Positions 30,605 through 42,400 of a stretch of 64,000 bases of DNA are shown here, in pieces. The stretch's first letter is position 1, and the number at the start of each line of letters is the position of its first letter. The DNA is from an uncultured Chloroflexia bacterium (GTDB taxonomy: Bacteria; Chloroflexota; Anaerolineae; B4-G1; SLSP01), in assembly GCA_963751345.1 (NCBI GenBank), contig CAVVUS010000022.1, positions 64,001 to 128,000 of the forward strand. Direction: 5' to 3'. Under the pieces are notes generated by a model that was not told the origin of the DNA, made no database searches, and saw nothing but the letters and a program-made list of their open reading frames with translations. Made by a program: the position numbers and the translations under genes.

Positions 30605-32699
30605 TCACACCCAGAGAAACACCGGCGCAGGTACGCTTTCCGCAATCCGGGCGCTTTGCGCCCGCCACGCGTCGTGACTCGCAGCGACCAGCAAAGACGG
30701 CGTAGAGGACATCCACCGAGCTTCCGGTGGTGGAGCCGCGGTCACCGACGCTCCCTGGGCCGAAGCGTGAATCTCATCAATGTACACGGTGCCCTGCGAA
30801 GGATTGTCGGCGGGCCTGTCAAGAACGATGGCGTAGAACCGTACCGGGTAGTCTACGACGCCGTTATCCGGACCGTAGACGTGACCCGATGGCCAGCCTA
30901 GGCCAGGAGCCAGCTTTCCTGACATCTGCTGCCACCCCGCGCCACCCACGGATCCCAGATGCACCGACCAGACCTCATCCTGCGCATCGGCAATCCACAG
31001 GTTGAGATACTGTCCCGACCCATCGCCATAGACCCAGGCGCTGAAGGTGTCCGGCTGCCCACCGACCGCGTGAGGTTGCACGAAAACGACGTAATCGTCC
31101 GCCACATCGGGAAAATCGTACGTCAGCTTCCCGGCATATTGGCCGCCATAGACTTGGTCCTGGGTTTGCACAAAGTCACCATACGGTTGATCCCCCCGTC
31201 GCCACGTCCCCCATTGCTCGAAGCCCACAAGCGCCCCCGTCGGGACCGCCTCCGGAGGAGAGGTCGGGGTGGGCGTTGGCGGATTCGAAGTGGCGGTGGG
31301 TGGAGCCGGCGTAGGCGTAGGTGGAACCGGCGTCTCGGATGCATAGGGCACCGGCGTCGCCGTGGGCGGCTCAACTGTAGACGTAGGCATCGGCGTCTCG
31401 GTCGCCTTCCCGCCGCCCGCCGCCGAACTTGCGTCGGACGTGATGGTAGGCGAGGGGACCGCAGGCTCGGTCGCCGTCGCCGAGGGACGCGGTGTCGAGG
31501 TCGCTACGGTGACGGGCGTCGGCTGAGCCGGAGTGGGCACGACTCTCGGTGCTGATCCCACCGGATACGTCGGGCGCCGCAAGCCACGGCGTCCAGCTCG
31601 ACGGGAGGCCAAAATCGACGATGCCGGTCAGTGCCAACACTGCCACCACTCCGACGCCGCCAAAAAGGACGACGGCCATGCCAATCGCCGGTATCCAGAG
31701 TGGGATTCGGCGGCGTGGCTCGCTTCTGGAGCCCGCCGACAAGGGGCCGTACGCTGTCGTCGCTATCGCCGGCCCTGTCGCCTGCGACGGCGGCATCATC
31801 GCGGTTCTCCCGTGGCCGGCAACGGCGGCTTCCTGGGGGGAAGGCGTGTAGTCTCCTCTCCCACCCCGCGCCCCGGGAACGTAGGCCAGCGCCTGCGCCA
31901 TCGCAGCAGCCGATTCCCAGCGCTTGGTTCGCGCAAGCTCCATCGCACGTTCAATTGCCGAGGCCGTCTGCGGAGAGACGCCAGGGGCTACGGACCTTAA
32001 CGGCGCAAACTCCTCCGGTGCGGCGATGCGCATCGTGGCCGACAGCGGTGCCTGACCGGTCAATGCGTGGTACATCGTGGCGCCCACGCTGTACAGATCG
32101 CTCCGGGGCTCCGTGTGGCCCGCCGAGACGTCGTATTGCTCGGGGGGCGCATACTGGGGTGTACCAACCCCCCGAACCGCCGTCCTCGTCCGGGGATCGT
32201 TCGGATTCCAAAGCTTGACCAACCCAAAATCGACCAGCACCGCATTCCTGTCGGGGCCGATGATGATGTTCTGCGGCTTGATATCACGGTGGATCACGCC
32301 CTGGCCATGGCAGTACGAAAGCGCCTCGAGCAATTGGCCGGACCAGGCGACAACCTGTGGCTCCGGGATCGGTCCCACCTGCTTGATCAGATCCGCCAGG
32401 CTCTGACCCTCGACATACTTCATCACCAGGTAGACAGTTCGGCCCTCGTGAAAATAGTCGGTCACGCCGACAAGATGTGGGTGGCTGAGGCGGGCAAGAA
32501 CCGTGGCCTCTTGCTGGAACTGCATCTGGAGATCGCGCAGGGCCTCCGTATCGAGATCTGGCTGAGCGACCATCTCCTTCAACGCCACGAGCACGTTGAG
32601 GCGCATATCCCAAGCACGGTAGACGGCGCCCATGCCTCCCCGACCCAATTGTGATACCACTCGATAGCGGTCTTGAAGTATGTCGCCCGGATTTAGCAT
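30605..32699 (-). CDS. Membrane Hanks-type Ser/Thr kinase with CBM11/FlaA-like ectodomain, frameshift near 31570
   Basis: LGRGGMG, VALKE, HRDIKPQN, DFG, TM segment; ORF 30605..31612 supplies a PT-rich stalk and a beta-sandwich (AWVYGDGSG...GWQQ...VYIDEI). Confidence 0.86.
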
Positions 32700-32780
32700 G
32701 GTGCCCCCAATCGTAAGAACTAACTGGCCCGTGTTGCCGTCAGCGACGGCCCCGCCCTGGATGACGCAGTGGCACGGGGC

Positions 32781-34769
32781 CTACTGTGCTTCCTGCGCAA
32801 TCTGCACGAGTACCACCGAGATATTGTCATACCCGCCGGCCTCTTTCGCCAAAGAGACCAACTGATCGCACGCAGCTTGAGGTGAGGCGGCTTCACGCCA
32901 CACCTGCCAGATCACGTTGTCCAGCACCATATCGCTGAGGCCATCCGAACAGAGCAGAATCGCCTCGCCGGGTGACAGGACGACGTCGAACAGATCCATC
33001 GCCAGATCCGGTGTATCCCCCATCACCCTGTAGATGACACTCTTTTGGGGGTGGTGCCGTGCCTCCTCCGGCGTAAGCTGCCCAATCTCTATCAGGCGCT
33101 GAACCAGCGAGTGGTCGGTCGTGATCTGCTGAATGGCCTGGGGCTTGAGCCAGTAGGCCCGGCTGTCGCCCACATTGAGAACCGTCGCCGCACGCCCCAC
33201 GATGAGCGCCATCACGAGGGTGGAGCCCATATCGTTGGATGCAGCCTGCCTTTCGTCGAAGACGGCCTGGTTAGCCGCCTTGGCGGCACGGGCCAGCCAC
33301 GCCTCGGCATCCAGCGCCTCGCCGGACGACGCTACACGGCGCAGGTCATCTGCATACTTGGCTATGGCCTCGACAGTAGTGTGGCTGGCGACGTCTCCCG
33401 CGGCGTGCCCGCCCACTCCATCGGCCACCACGAAAGCACCCACCGATAATTTCGGTGGTTCGCGTTGAGCGGCGCTCGTCTCCGTGAGGTCAATCACTAG
33501 GACACTGTCCTCGTTGAGCTTGCGGACGTGCCCCACATCCGTCCGCTGGCCGACGATGAACCGGGTGGGCTCGTGTTGCACCTGCTGTTCGCGTGCCTGT
33601 TCCAGCGCCACGGCAAAATCCCCGGCCCGGAGGAGGCCGTGCGACTGCAGGACCTGCGACAGCAGCCGCGCCACAGACTCCGGCAGCATCGCCTTGGTCT
33701 GAGACCGGGCGGCGGCGTCCTGCCCATCACTGCCGGTAGCCAGCATCGACAACATTTGCGCAAGCTCCCGCACATTTGCCGCAACTCGGGCTACACGTCC
33801 ACCGTTTCCCTCGGCAGGTATAAACGAGACCCCACCGAAACACAGCCAGCGAGCTTCATCGCCATCTACGATCGCGTCATCCAGCGAGATACGATCGAGA
33901 ATCACCTCATGATCGTGAAGGTACGCCAGGCCATGTGCCAGGGAGACGCCCCAGTCCAGCACCGCACCTATGGGTTGAGGTCGATCGATCTGTGAAGCCA
34001 GGGGATGCCGGATAATCGGCTCTATCTGAAAATACCTCGGCTGGCCAAAGGAAGTCTCGGTAAATACGGCCACGGGGGTGACCACGGCCCGGTGTGCCAG
34101 CTGCCCACTGAGCAGTTCTGCGGTAGCTGCAAACACCTGGGGGTCAAGCGCCTCGCGTGCCAGCAGGGTCGGGGGAGAAGACGTGGGCTCCGGCAGCTTT
34201 GCACCACATCGACTGCAGAATTGCTTCTCGCTCCCTTCAGCCGGCGCATAGCACCGCTCGCATAGGGTGAGCGACGATGTCGCCTTGACTTCGTAGACCG
34301 TACCACCGGCGGTGGAAGCTCGCATCTTGAGGATCACGAATCTTCCCTCATCCAGGACCGTACCTTTGGGGAGCGTGTCACTATCAGCAGCACGAGGGCT
34401 GCGACCGGCCTGGGGGCGTGGTGTCCGTTCGAGCCGGTTACGCCTGCGCTGGCGGCCCCGAATCAACAGAAAGACGCCGATACCCGTCACAACGAAAAGC
34501 AAGCCTCCTGTACCCGCCAACAGGATCGGCGTTATCTGGGTCGAGCTGAATGCCGCCAAACCACCATCGTTGCCGGGTAGAAGGATTCCTGCCGGGGTCG
34601 GACTACCCAGTGGAGACTGCATGGGCACGGGAGAGATCAGAGATGACTGCCCCGCACTGCCGGGCGGGCCCGGCAAATTGAGATCACAGGCCAGTAACAG
34701 CAGAAAGGCCCCCAGCCCTCCGAGCATGAGCGTCGAACGTCGCAGAAGCGTTGTGCGTCCAGGGAGCAT
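32781..34769 (-). CDS. PP2C/Stp1 phosphatase fused to lipobox/TM, zinc ribbon and degenerate kinase-like domain
   Basis: RKLNED, VADGVGGH..G..AS, MGSTL, NVGDSRAY, LCSDGL, GGYDNIS; N-terminal LLLAC, a TM helix and CERC...CSRC. Confidence 0.88.
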   Translation of the reverse strand: MLPGRTTLLRRSTLMLGGLGAFLLLLACDLNLPGPPGSAGQSSLISPVPMQSPLGSPTPAGILLPGNDGGLAAFSSTQITPILLAGTGGLLFVVTGIGVFLLIRGRQRRRNRLERTPRPQAGRSPRAADSDTLPKGTVLDEGRFVILKMRASTAGGTVYEVKATSSLTLCERCYAPAEGSEKQFCSRCGAKLPEPTSSPPTLLAREALDPQVFAATAELLSGQLAHRAVVTPVAVFTETSFGQPRYFQIEPIIRHPLASQIDRPQPIGAVLDWGVSLAHGLAYLHDHEVILDRISLDDAIVDGDEARWLCFGGVSFIPAEGNGGRVARVAANVRELAQMLSMLATGSDGQDAAARSQTKAMLPESVARLLSQVLQSHGLLRAGDFAVALEQAREQQVQHEPTRFIVGQRTDVGHVRKLNEDSVLVIDLTETSAAQREPPKLSVGAFVVADGVGGHAAGDVASHTTVEAIAKYADDLRRVASSGEALDAEAWLARAAKAANQAVFDERQAASNDMGSTLVMALIVGRAATVLNVGDSRAYWLKPQAIQQITTDHSLVQRLIEIGQLTPEEARHHPQKSVIYRVMGDTPDLAMDLFDVVLSPGEAILLCSDGLSDMVLDNVIWQVWREAASPQAACDQLVSLAKEAGGYDNISVVLVQIAQEAQ

Positions 34770-34864
34770 GCCTAACCCCTCATCCTGCGGCGTCCTGCCG
34801 CGGTTTTGTACCTATGATAGTCACGATCCGCGAAACAATCAATCAGACCATTCGATGACCCTTC

Positions 34865-35585
34865 TCAGCGCTCGTATAGGCCCATCAATGTCGCCTGCTC
34901 CAGCACGTGACCCTCCATCGCCGCCAGAAGCGCAGCCTTGTCGGTGACATCGGGCGCCAGGTCAAGAACGACGTCGAGCGCGTAGAGGTTGAAGAAATAC
35001 CGATGGGACCCGTTAGGAGGACACGGCCCACCATAGCCCGGCTTGGGCCAACTGTTCTGTCCTTGCTCTGTGCCGTCGGAGAGGACCGCTTCCACGGGGA
35101 TGCCTTCGGGAAGCGACTGAGCACTCGCCGGGATGTTGTAGATCACCCAGTGGACCCAGACACCCGATGGAGCATCGGGATCGTCGACGACCAGCGCAAA
35201 GCTCGCGGTTCCATCAGGGCTACCTACCCACGTCAGTGCGGGAGACGTGTCCTGTCCATCGCACGTATAAGCAGTGGGAATCGTCCCTCCATCCTCAAAG
35301 GCGGGACTGCTCAGAACCAAAGTGGACGAGATTACGTCATCCTCAACCGGTCCCGCAGGCGCCTGCAGGCGTCACGGTAACAGTCTCGGTTGGCAAGGCT
35401 ATCGTGGCGGGTGCCTGCGGCGCCTCCGAAGTTGCAGTTAGTGCAACTTCGGAGGCTGGCACCGGCGGGGCTGCGGCAGGTGTACCTGAAGCCGTGCATC
35501 CTACGACCAACACGCCAAGGATCAACACTGAGACCAGCGCAAGCACGGCTGGACGTGTTGTCCTCTCCGAAGTCAAGTCAACCAT
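34865..35585 (-). CDS. YbhB/YbcL family (PEBP / Raf-kinase-inhibitor-like) lipoprotein, +1 frameshift near 35360
   Basis: YTCDG.DTSP.LTW, DDPDAP, WVHWV, YGGPCPP, HRYFF.LYALD; the upstream frame gives a signal peptide with lipobox LVVGC. Confidence 0.88.
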
Positions 35586-35690
35586 CGACGACCCCTCGAC
35601 AAGCCGGCAGTAGGTCCCACCATGACCTGCGAATCTCATCCCTAGGGTGAAAAGGCGCCCTACCTCGTCCGTACGGCGCGCCCGGCGCTC

Positions 35691-36644
35691 CTACTGCTCC
35701 GTGATCTCGATCGTATGGATCAGCGTGCCGGGCGCCGTGGCCGTCTGGGGATCGCGCAAGCTGATCTGGTTCAGCACATCCATCCCCTCGACCACCTTAC
35801 CGAAGATGGTGTGCATGCCGTCCAACCAAGGCGTCGCCGCGTAGGTGATGAAGAATTGGCTGCCGTTGGTGTTGGGGCCTGCGTTGGCCATCGACACGAC
35901 GCCTGGGCCATCGTGCTTCAATGAGCTGACAAACTCATCGCTAAAGGAATAGCCGGGGCCACCCGTGCCTGTTCCCGTCGGGTCGCCGGCTTGCGCCATG
36001 AAGCCCGCGATCACCCGGTGGAACGTTGTGTTGTCATAGAATCCCTGACGTGCCAGAAATACGAAGTTGTTCACGGTGTTCGGTACCTGATCGGCATATA
36101 GCTGAATACGGATATCGCCCTTCTCAGTCTTAATGGTGGCGAAGTACTGCTTAGTGGGATCGATCGCCATAGCTGGAGGTGAACTATACATTCCGTTGCG
36201 TGCGGCTGGATCTGCTGGCATATTCTGGTTACTCCCTGTTGTAGTAGGCTGTGCGTTCGTATTTGCGGCAGCATCCGGGGCCGGGCCGGCGGATGCATTC
36301 CGATTCCGTCCAAGACCGATGACCACGAGGACCACGACGATGGCGACGACAACGAGCCCGCCAACAATGGCAAGCCAGGGCGTCCTGCGCCCGATCGCAC
36401 CCGCACCAGATCCTGACAGCGAAGAACGCATTTTGCTGCCCATCGAGAACCCGCCGCGCTTCTGCGGCGACTTACCGGCCTTGCCTGTGCGGGATCCGCC
36501 GGCAGGCGTCTTGCTACCGCCGGACCCGGGTGTCTTTCTGTACGTCTGACCAGCCTTGGCCGAGGATGAACGTGGCTTTCCTGTCGTCGTATTTGACTTG
36601 GGTCTTGAGGTCTTGCTGCTCCGGCTATTCTTGCTCTTGGACAT
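35691..36644 (-). CDS. Membrane-anchored cyclophilin-type peptidyl-prolyl isomerase
   Basis: NFVFLA..GFYD...[41 protein letters not shown]; preceded by a K/S/R-rich N-terminus and one TM. Confidence 0.92.
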   Translation of the reverse strand: MSKSKNSRSSKTSRPKSNTTTGKPRSSSAKAGQTYRKTPGSGGSKTPAGGSRTGKAGKSPQKRGGFSMGSKMRSSLSGSGAGAIGRRTPWLAIVGGLVVVAIVVVLVVIGLGRNRNASAGPAPDAAANTNAQPTTTGSNQNMPADPAARNGMYSSPPAMAIDPTKQYFATIKTEKGDIRIQLYADQVPNTVNNFVFLARQGFYDNTTFHRVIAGFMAQAGDPTGTGTGGPGYSFSDEFVSSLKHDGPGVVSMANAGPNTNGSQFFITYAATPWLDGMHTIFGKVVEGMDVLNQISLRDPQTATAPGTLIHTIEITEQ

Positions 36645-36720
36645 ATCTCCTCCACGCCTGATGTGGGCCTGATTCTAACCGATTCCATTACAAAGGCCAG
36701 GCAACTCAACCTTGCAGAGA

Positions 36721-37903
36721 TCAGGGGATCTTGGCAAGGCTTCGCGGCAATCCTACCAGGAGCGCGACCGGCCCCAAGCAGAGCAGCCACATCGCTGCCT
36801 GCAGGTCCACGCGCTGGGCGATCACTCCCAATGCCCACGGCAACAGGGCTCCCACTAAGCCGAAGACATTGTACACCGCAAGCAGGGTGCCGCTTCGCCC
36901 GGGCATCGTCGCGTAGAGTCGCGCTTGGAGGATCGAGTACCATCCGGCATTGAAGAAACCAAGGAGGGCCAGCACCCCGAGCTTCGCCCCAAACGAACGC
37001 AGCCCGAGAAAGGCGACAAATAGGACAAGCTCAACTACGGCGCTCAACCGTAGATACCGGATGCCATCCACGTGGTCGAGCAGGCGGATCAACAGGAAAT
37101 CACCCAGAAGACCTACCCCGGTCCACACCGCAACAGCCATGGAAGCTTGCGCGGCAGAAGTCCCACCGACGTCCACGAAATAGAGCGCTAGAAATCCCAG
37201 AAGGACGTCCAGCATCAGGTCAGAAAACTGCAGCAGCACCAGCCAGCGCAGCACCTCGCCACGACGTAGCGCCGACGGCACCGCCTTCAGACTCTCGATC
37301 AAGCCTGGCTGCGCCTCAGCAGCTGCGGCAGGACCCTCAGGCCGGGACGTCACCGGGGGACGAGATCTCCAGGCCAGGCCCAGCATCACGACCGCTACCA
37401 CAGAAGTCGCTGCAAACATCGCGCGCCAGCCCAAGACTCAGCGCTGCCAGACCTCCCAGGGCGAGAGGGCCCAGGACTACACCAAGGGACCCCGCAAACG
37501 TCCAGCGGGCCATGTTCTTCTCCCGCTGTAGTGGGTCGGAATCCATCAAGGTTGCCTGGGAGAGGCTCACAAATGCACCCGAAGCAGGGCTGAGCATCGC
37601 GAAACTGACCAGCAGCCATCCATAGCTCCTGCTGGTGCTTACCAGGAGCAGGGCCAGTGCGAAGATCAGACCACCTCCGAGGATCAGGGCCCGACGCCGC
37701 CAAACATCCCCCAGGATACCGAAGATAGGTTCGGTGAGGCCCGACACGATGCGTGGAAGCCCCAACAGGACCCCGATCTGGGCATACGTCAGCAGAAGAT
37801 CCCTGCGCAGGAGAGGCCAGGCGGCCTCCCGCGACCCGTAGACAAACTCGTCGAGGAACTCAATGGCCAGGAGGACGATTAGGAACCGGGCACCCGTGCC
37901 CAT
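36721..37903 (-). CDS. MFS transporter, frameshift near 37430
   Basis: Two hydrophobic half-ORFs; motif A-like GILGDVWRRR. Confidence 0.82.
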
Positions 37904-37940
37904 GATGGCGAACCGGACCCTTCAGAGAAGTGCAATGAGA

Positions 37941-37967
37941 GCGCGAGACCCGAGTTAGGTCTCGCGC
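37941..37967 (-). terminator. Hairpin downstream of obgE
   Basis: gcgcgagacc-N7-ggtctcgcgc, a perfect 10-bp stem just after the obgE stop. Confidence 0.5.
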
Positions 37968-37979
37968 CGGATGCCAGAC

Positions 37980-39262
37980 CTACTCGTAGTCGGTATCGAC
38001 CCACTCGAATTCGTAGTCGGCGATCTTCACCGTATCGCCCTCTTGGACGCCCGCATCGCGCAAAGCAGAGATCACGCCCTGGTGATCGAGGTAGTTGTGA
38101 AAACGCATCAGCGCCTCGTAGTACTCGGTCCGGGCTCGGGCAGCCGCACGCTCGATCCTCCCACCCACGACACGCCACGTGTCCGTCACCCTCCTGGACA
38201 ATCCGAAAGCCCTCGTCATCGAGCGACGGGCGCACTACCACCGGCGTCGTTCGCTCCAAGACTGCCTCGGGGGCCTCCTGAACCATCTGGTAAGCCAGAC
38301 CCATCAACTGGCGTGTGTTCTCCCGCGTGAGACCCGAGATGGCAATCACCTGATCATACCCCAGCTCGAGCAGCACGGACTTGTAGGCGGGGACCATGTC
38401 CCGAACGCCCGGGATGTCGAGTTTGTTGATCGCCACGATCTGCGGCTTGCCTATGAGCCCGTGGCCGAAGTCCTTCAGTTCTTGGTTGATCGCTTCGAAG
38501 TCTTCGATCGGGTCGAGCGTGCTGCCATCCAGAACGTGAATCAGCACGCGCGTGCGCTCGATGTGTCGCAGGAACTCGTGGCCCAACCCCTTGCCCAAGC
38601 TGGCACCCTCGATAAGCCCGGGCAGATCTGCCATAACGAAGGTCTCGTTTGATCCCTAACGCGACAACCCCCAGGTTAGGCTGCAGGGTGGTGAAGGGAT
38701 ACGGCGCAATGTTGGGCGTGGCTGCCGTCGTCACAGAGAGCAACGTCGATTTCCCCGCGTTGGGCTTCCCGACAAGGCCGACGTCAGCAAGCAACTTGAG
38801 TTCCAGCCGGAGCGATCTCTCCTCGCCGGGATCGCCATTCTCGGCGATGCGCGGCGCTTGGTTGGTTGAGGTCGCGAAGCGCGCGTTGCCGCGCCCACCG
38901 CGCCCGCCAACGGCGACGACGGCCCGCTGGTCGGGTTCCGTCAGATCCGCTACCACCGCCTCGGTCGCCTCATCGATCACCAATGTGCCCGGAGGCACCG
39001 GCAGCAGCAAGTCCGCGCCGCCACCGCCGTGCATCGTCTTGATCAGACCCGGCTGCCCATCCTCAGCCGCGAACTCCTTCTGATGCGCGAAATGATAGAG
39101 CGTATTGAGATGCGGATTGACGAAGAAGACTACGTCCCCACCGCGACCACCATCGCCGCCTGAGGGACCGCCGAACGGAATATACTTCTCACGCCGGAAA
39201 GCGACGGCACCTTTGCCACCGTGTCCGGCCACGACATGAATCTTTACCTGATCATAGAACAT
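37980..39262 (-). CDS. obgE: GTPase ObgE/CgtA, two +1 frameshifts (~38650 and ~38190)
   Basis: [68 protein letters not shown]-terminal [16 protein letters not shown]. Confidence 0.95.
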
Positions 39263-39328
39263 AGTGAGTCCATGTTACTTGACAAACGCCCAAAGTCAAT
39301 CGTTGTGACGGACAGATAGGCCACACAG

Positions 39329-39365
39329 GCACCTGCCTGCCAGGCTAAGCCTGGCAGGCAGGTGC
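39329..39365. repeat. Perfect 18-bp-arm palindrome
   Basis: gcacctgcctgccaggct-a-agcctggcaggcaggtgc, located between the large hydrolase stop and the obgE promoter region. Confidence 0.75.
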
Positions 39366-39402
39366 GATCAAAGCCAAGCCGGGACCGCTTCAGCCGCTGG
39401 CG

Positions 39403-42400
39403 CTAACGCGACCCCAGTACGTTGTGCAAAGTCTCGCAGGCCGGGCACCCACCGCCCGGGCGGATGATGGCAAACCCATCCTGGGGATCGGTGCCGTACC
39501 GTACGAAGTCGATATTCCATACGATAATGGTCCGCACCATCCCTGTGTTCACGCTCAACTGTACAGCTTCGGCGAGCCACGCGGCCTGCTCGGAGTTATC
39601 CGTACCACGAGCCCAGGCGAACTGATCAGAGAACGTCGGCACACCCTCCTGGGAGGCATATCCCATCTCGGTATAGAAGATCTGGCGAGTCCCGTGGAAG
39701 ATATTGTAGTAGAGCCGGGTCTGCGGGAGGAAGAACCACGAGTGATGGGTATCCGTTGGATTCGCGGGGTGACCGATGGTCGCCGAAGGCGACGTGGCGC
39801 CCGCATTGTGGTGCGCGCCGATGAAGTCCATACAATTAGCCGCACCGGCGGCGTAGAGTCCCTCCATCCAGGGCTGGTCGTCACAACCGTTGGGGCCGCA
39901 TCCACCAAACCAACCGGTGGGGGCGGGAGCGGCACTGATGACCGCCGTGCCGCCGTTGGCACCCTTGATCGCGTTGTACGACTTGCAGAGGAGTTGAGTA
40001 TAGGCTTGCGGGCTGATCATCCCAATCTGCCATTCACGGTCGATATTGGGTTCGTTCCAGACCTCGACGGCGTCGGCACCCGCTGCAGCCAGACCGGCAG
40101 TCCACGCAGCGAACTTATCCTCAAAGCCTGCTTGCGCGCTCATCGCAGCTCCGCCGATGGCGCTCAACTGGATCTTGAAGCCGGCGGCGTGTGCGGCATT
40201 GATGATGCCCGCTGCGCCCTCGCCATAGTGAACCTGGATCTTCACCCAGGTCATGCCGGCATAGTGCATCTTGTCGCCGTAAGGCATCCCCAAGTCCCGG
40301 ATATGCCCACCCAACTCAAATGAGCCACTGGCGACAGGCTGTGGCGCGACGACGGGTTGCGCAGCCGCGGGTGGCGGCGTCGCAGGCGCCTCGCCGACCT
40401 GGATCAGCACGTATGCGGAGCCACCCTGGATGCTCTTGCTTGCCGCGCGCAGTTCCCAGACGCTCTTGTAACTGCCGTCCCCGTCCGGCGCCGTCATATC
40501 GACACTAATGTCGACCTCTTCGCCGCTCTTGACAGCCCCGACCTCGACCTCTGCCTCGGCGCTCAGCTCATCGCCGCTGGCGAACGCCAGCACGGTCCCC
40601 TCGGGCCAGTCGGCGCTTCCCGAGTTCCGCATGCGCCAGGTCTTTGTGAACGCCTCGCCCTTATCGAAGTGCGTGTTATCTGGAACCGATACATCGGAAA
40701 CGTAACTGGCCTTGAGCGTCGCGTCGACCTCGGTCGAGGTCTCAGTCCCAGCATCGACCGGCGTCTCGCTATCGGCGCCGATATCGCCCTCTGCCACCGT
40801 GTCCGTAATCACCGGTGCGGGCGCAGACACGAGGATCTGCAGCGAGCCCTTATCCAGTCCCCCCACGGTCGCGGCAATCTGGTATGTCCCCGTGACCTCG
40901 GGTGCCGTCCACAGATAGTCTGGTTGGCTGAGCGTGGTTGTGGCCTGAGTCGGCAGGCCTGTCGGCCCCGTCACCTGCCACGCGACCTCGGGCAAGACAG
41001 ACGCCGTGCCACTGCCGACAGTCTGGAGAGAGGAGAGTGCTGGAATCAGCCCCGCGACGTTCCCAGGATCAAGGAGGTTTCGCAACACCGCACCACCAAG
41101 TTGGTAGCGCGTCGACATCTCCATACGGGCGAGGAGCCATTGAGGTGTTCCCAGCCAGTAGTGCTGATTACCGATCGTCACGCTGTGTTGCCTGGGTCGT
41201 AGCATCGTTCTCGATTTCGGCGCCGTCCCCCAGGCTGAGGCTCACCTTCGTGCCCGGCAGCACGCTCTCCGTCAGCGTCTGCTGCGCCCTGAACCTCCCC
41301 AAGCGAGGCCAGCACGGCATCTACCGACAGAACCTGATCTCCGTCTGTAGAGAGTGTCGAGTAAACTGGCACGAACTTGTGCCGGTCAACCTGCGTAACG
41401 GCCCATGAGACCAAACTGTTCGACATCGCCACCCGGCGTATAGGCCGAGGGTGCCAGAGGCATCACGACGCGGAGTTGGTCGACGGCAGCCCCCAGGGCC
41501 GCCCAATCGTAGCCACCCGTATCCCACGTCCCGTCGGCTGCCTGCTCTGGCGCATCTACCACCACGGCCAGATCAAGCCCGGCCGCGCCAAACGCAGCAC
41601 CCAATTCACGGATGAACTCACTATAGGCCGCACGATCCTGAGGGGGTACCTGTTGGTAGTCCACGACCAGGCCCGGATAGCCTCCGTCCTGAACGAGCGA
41701 CAGCAGGTTGGCAACGTGGGCGGACCTATCCGTATCCAGCGCGACCATATCACTTACCAGTTCCCAATTGGCCTCACGTCCGGGCAACCAGTTGCGCACC
41801 ATCGGCACCACGAGCGTCTCACCGCCCGCCGAGGCAGCGGGAAGGTCGTCAAGCGTGCCCGTCGTGCCTCCCATCGTCCCAATGAGAACGCCCGGCACGT
41901 CGGCCTCCCCGATCGCGGGGTCCAGCCCATCGGCGGGCCACGTCTCTACCTCAGTCACGATATGCTGCACACTCGACGTGCTTTGCATCACGATCACCGA
42001 TGCTGGAAGCGCGATCGACCTGGGAGACCAACACCTCTCCAGCTCGGTCAAGTTGCGTAGGCAGCCACTGCCAGGTCGCACCATCCCACGCGTAGAGATC
42101 CAATGTGTCCCATGGCTCCGACTCGTTGGGGATCACCACCGTCATGATCCCGCCTACGGGATCCTTTGTCTTCACATCGATGGTGTAGTAAGGGCCCTTG
42201 GGTTCCAGGTAGTCCGGGACTGCCTCGACAGCGCTACTCAAGGCATCGGGCACAGAGCCGGCCACGAAATCGGCACGCGGGACCGAGCCAAGCTTGATCC
42301 GAAGCCGCCCCGTGGCATCGGCCGCGCGAGAGACGGTCAAGCCGTCGGGATGGGCCACGGAAGTTGTCGCATCGTCCAGTACCGTATAGCCACCCCCGCC

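Noticed and set aside
31260-31545. Repetitive DNA in the kinase stalk
   Set aside because: Explained by Pro/Thr-rich linker codons, not an independent repeat element.
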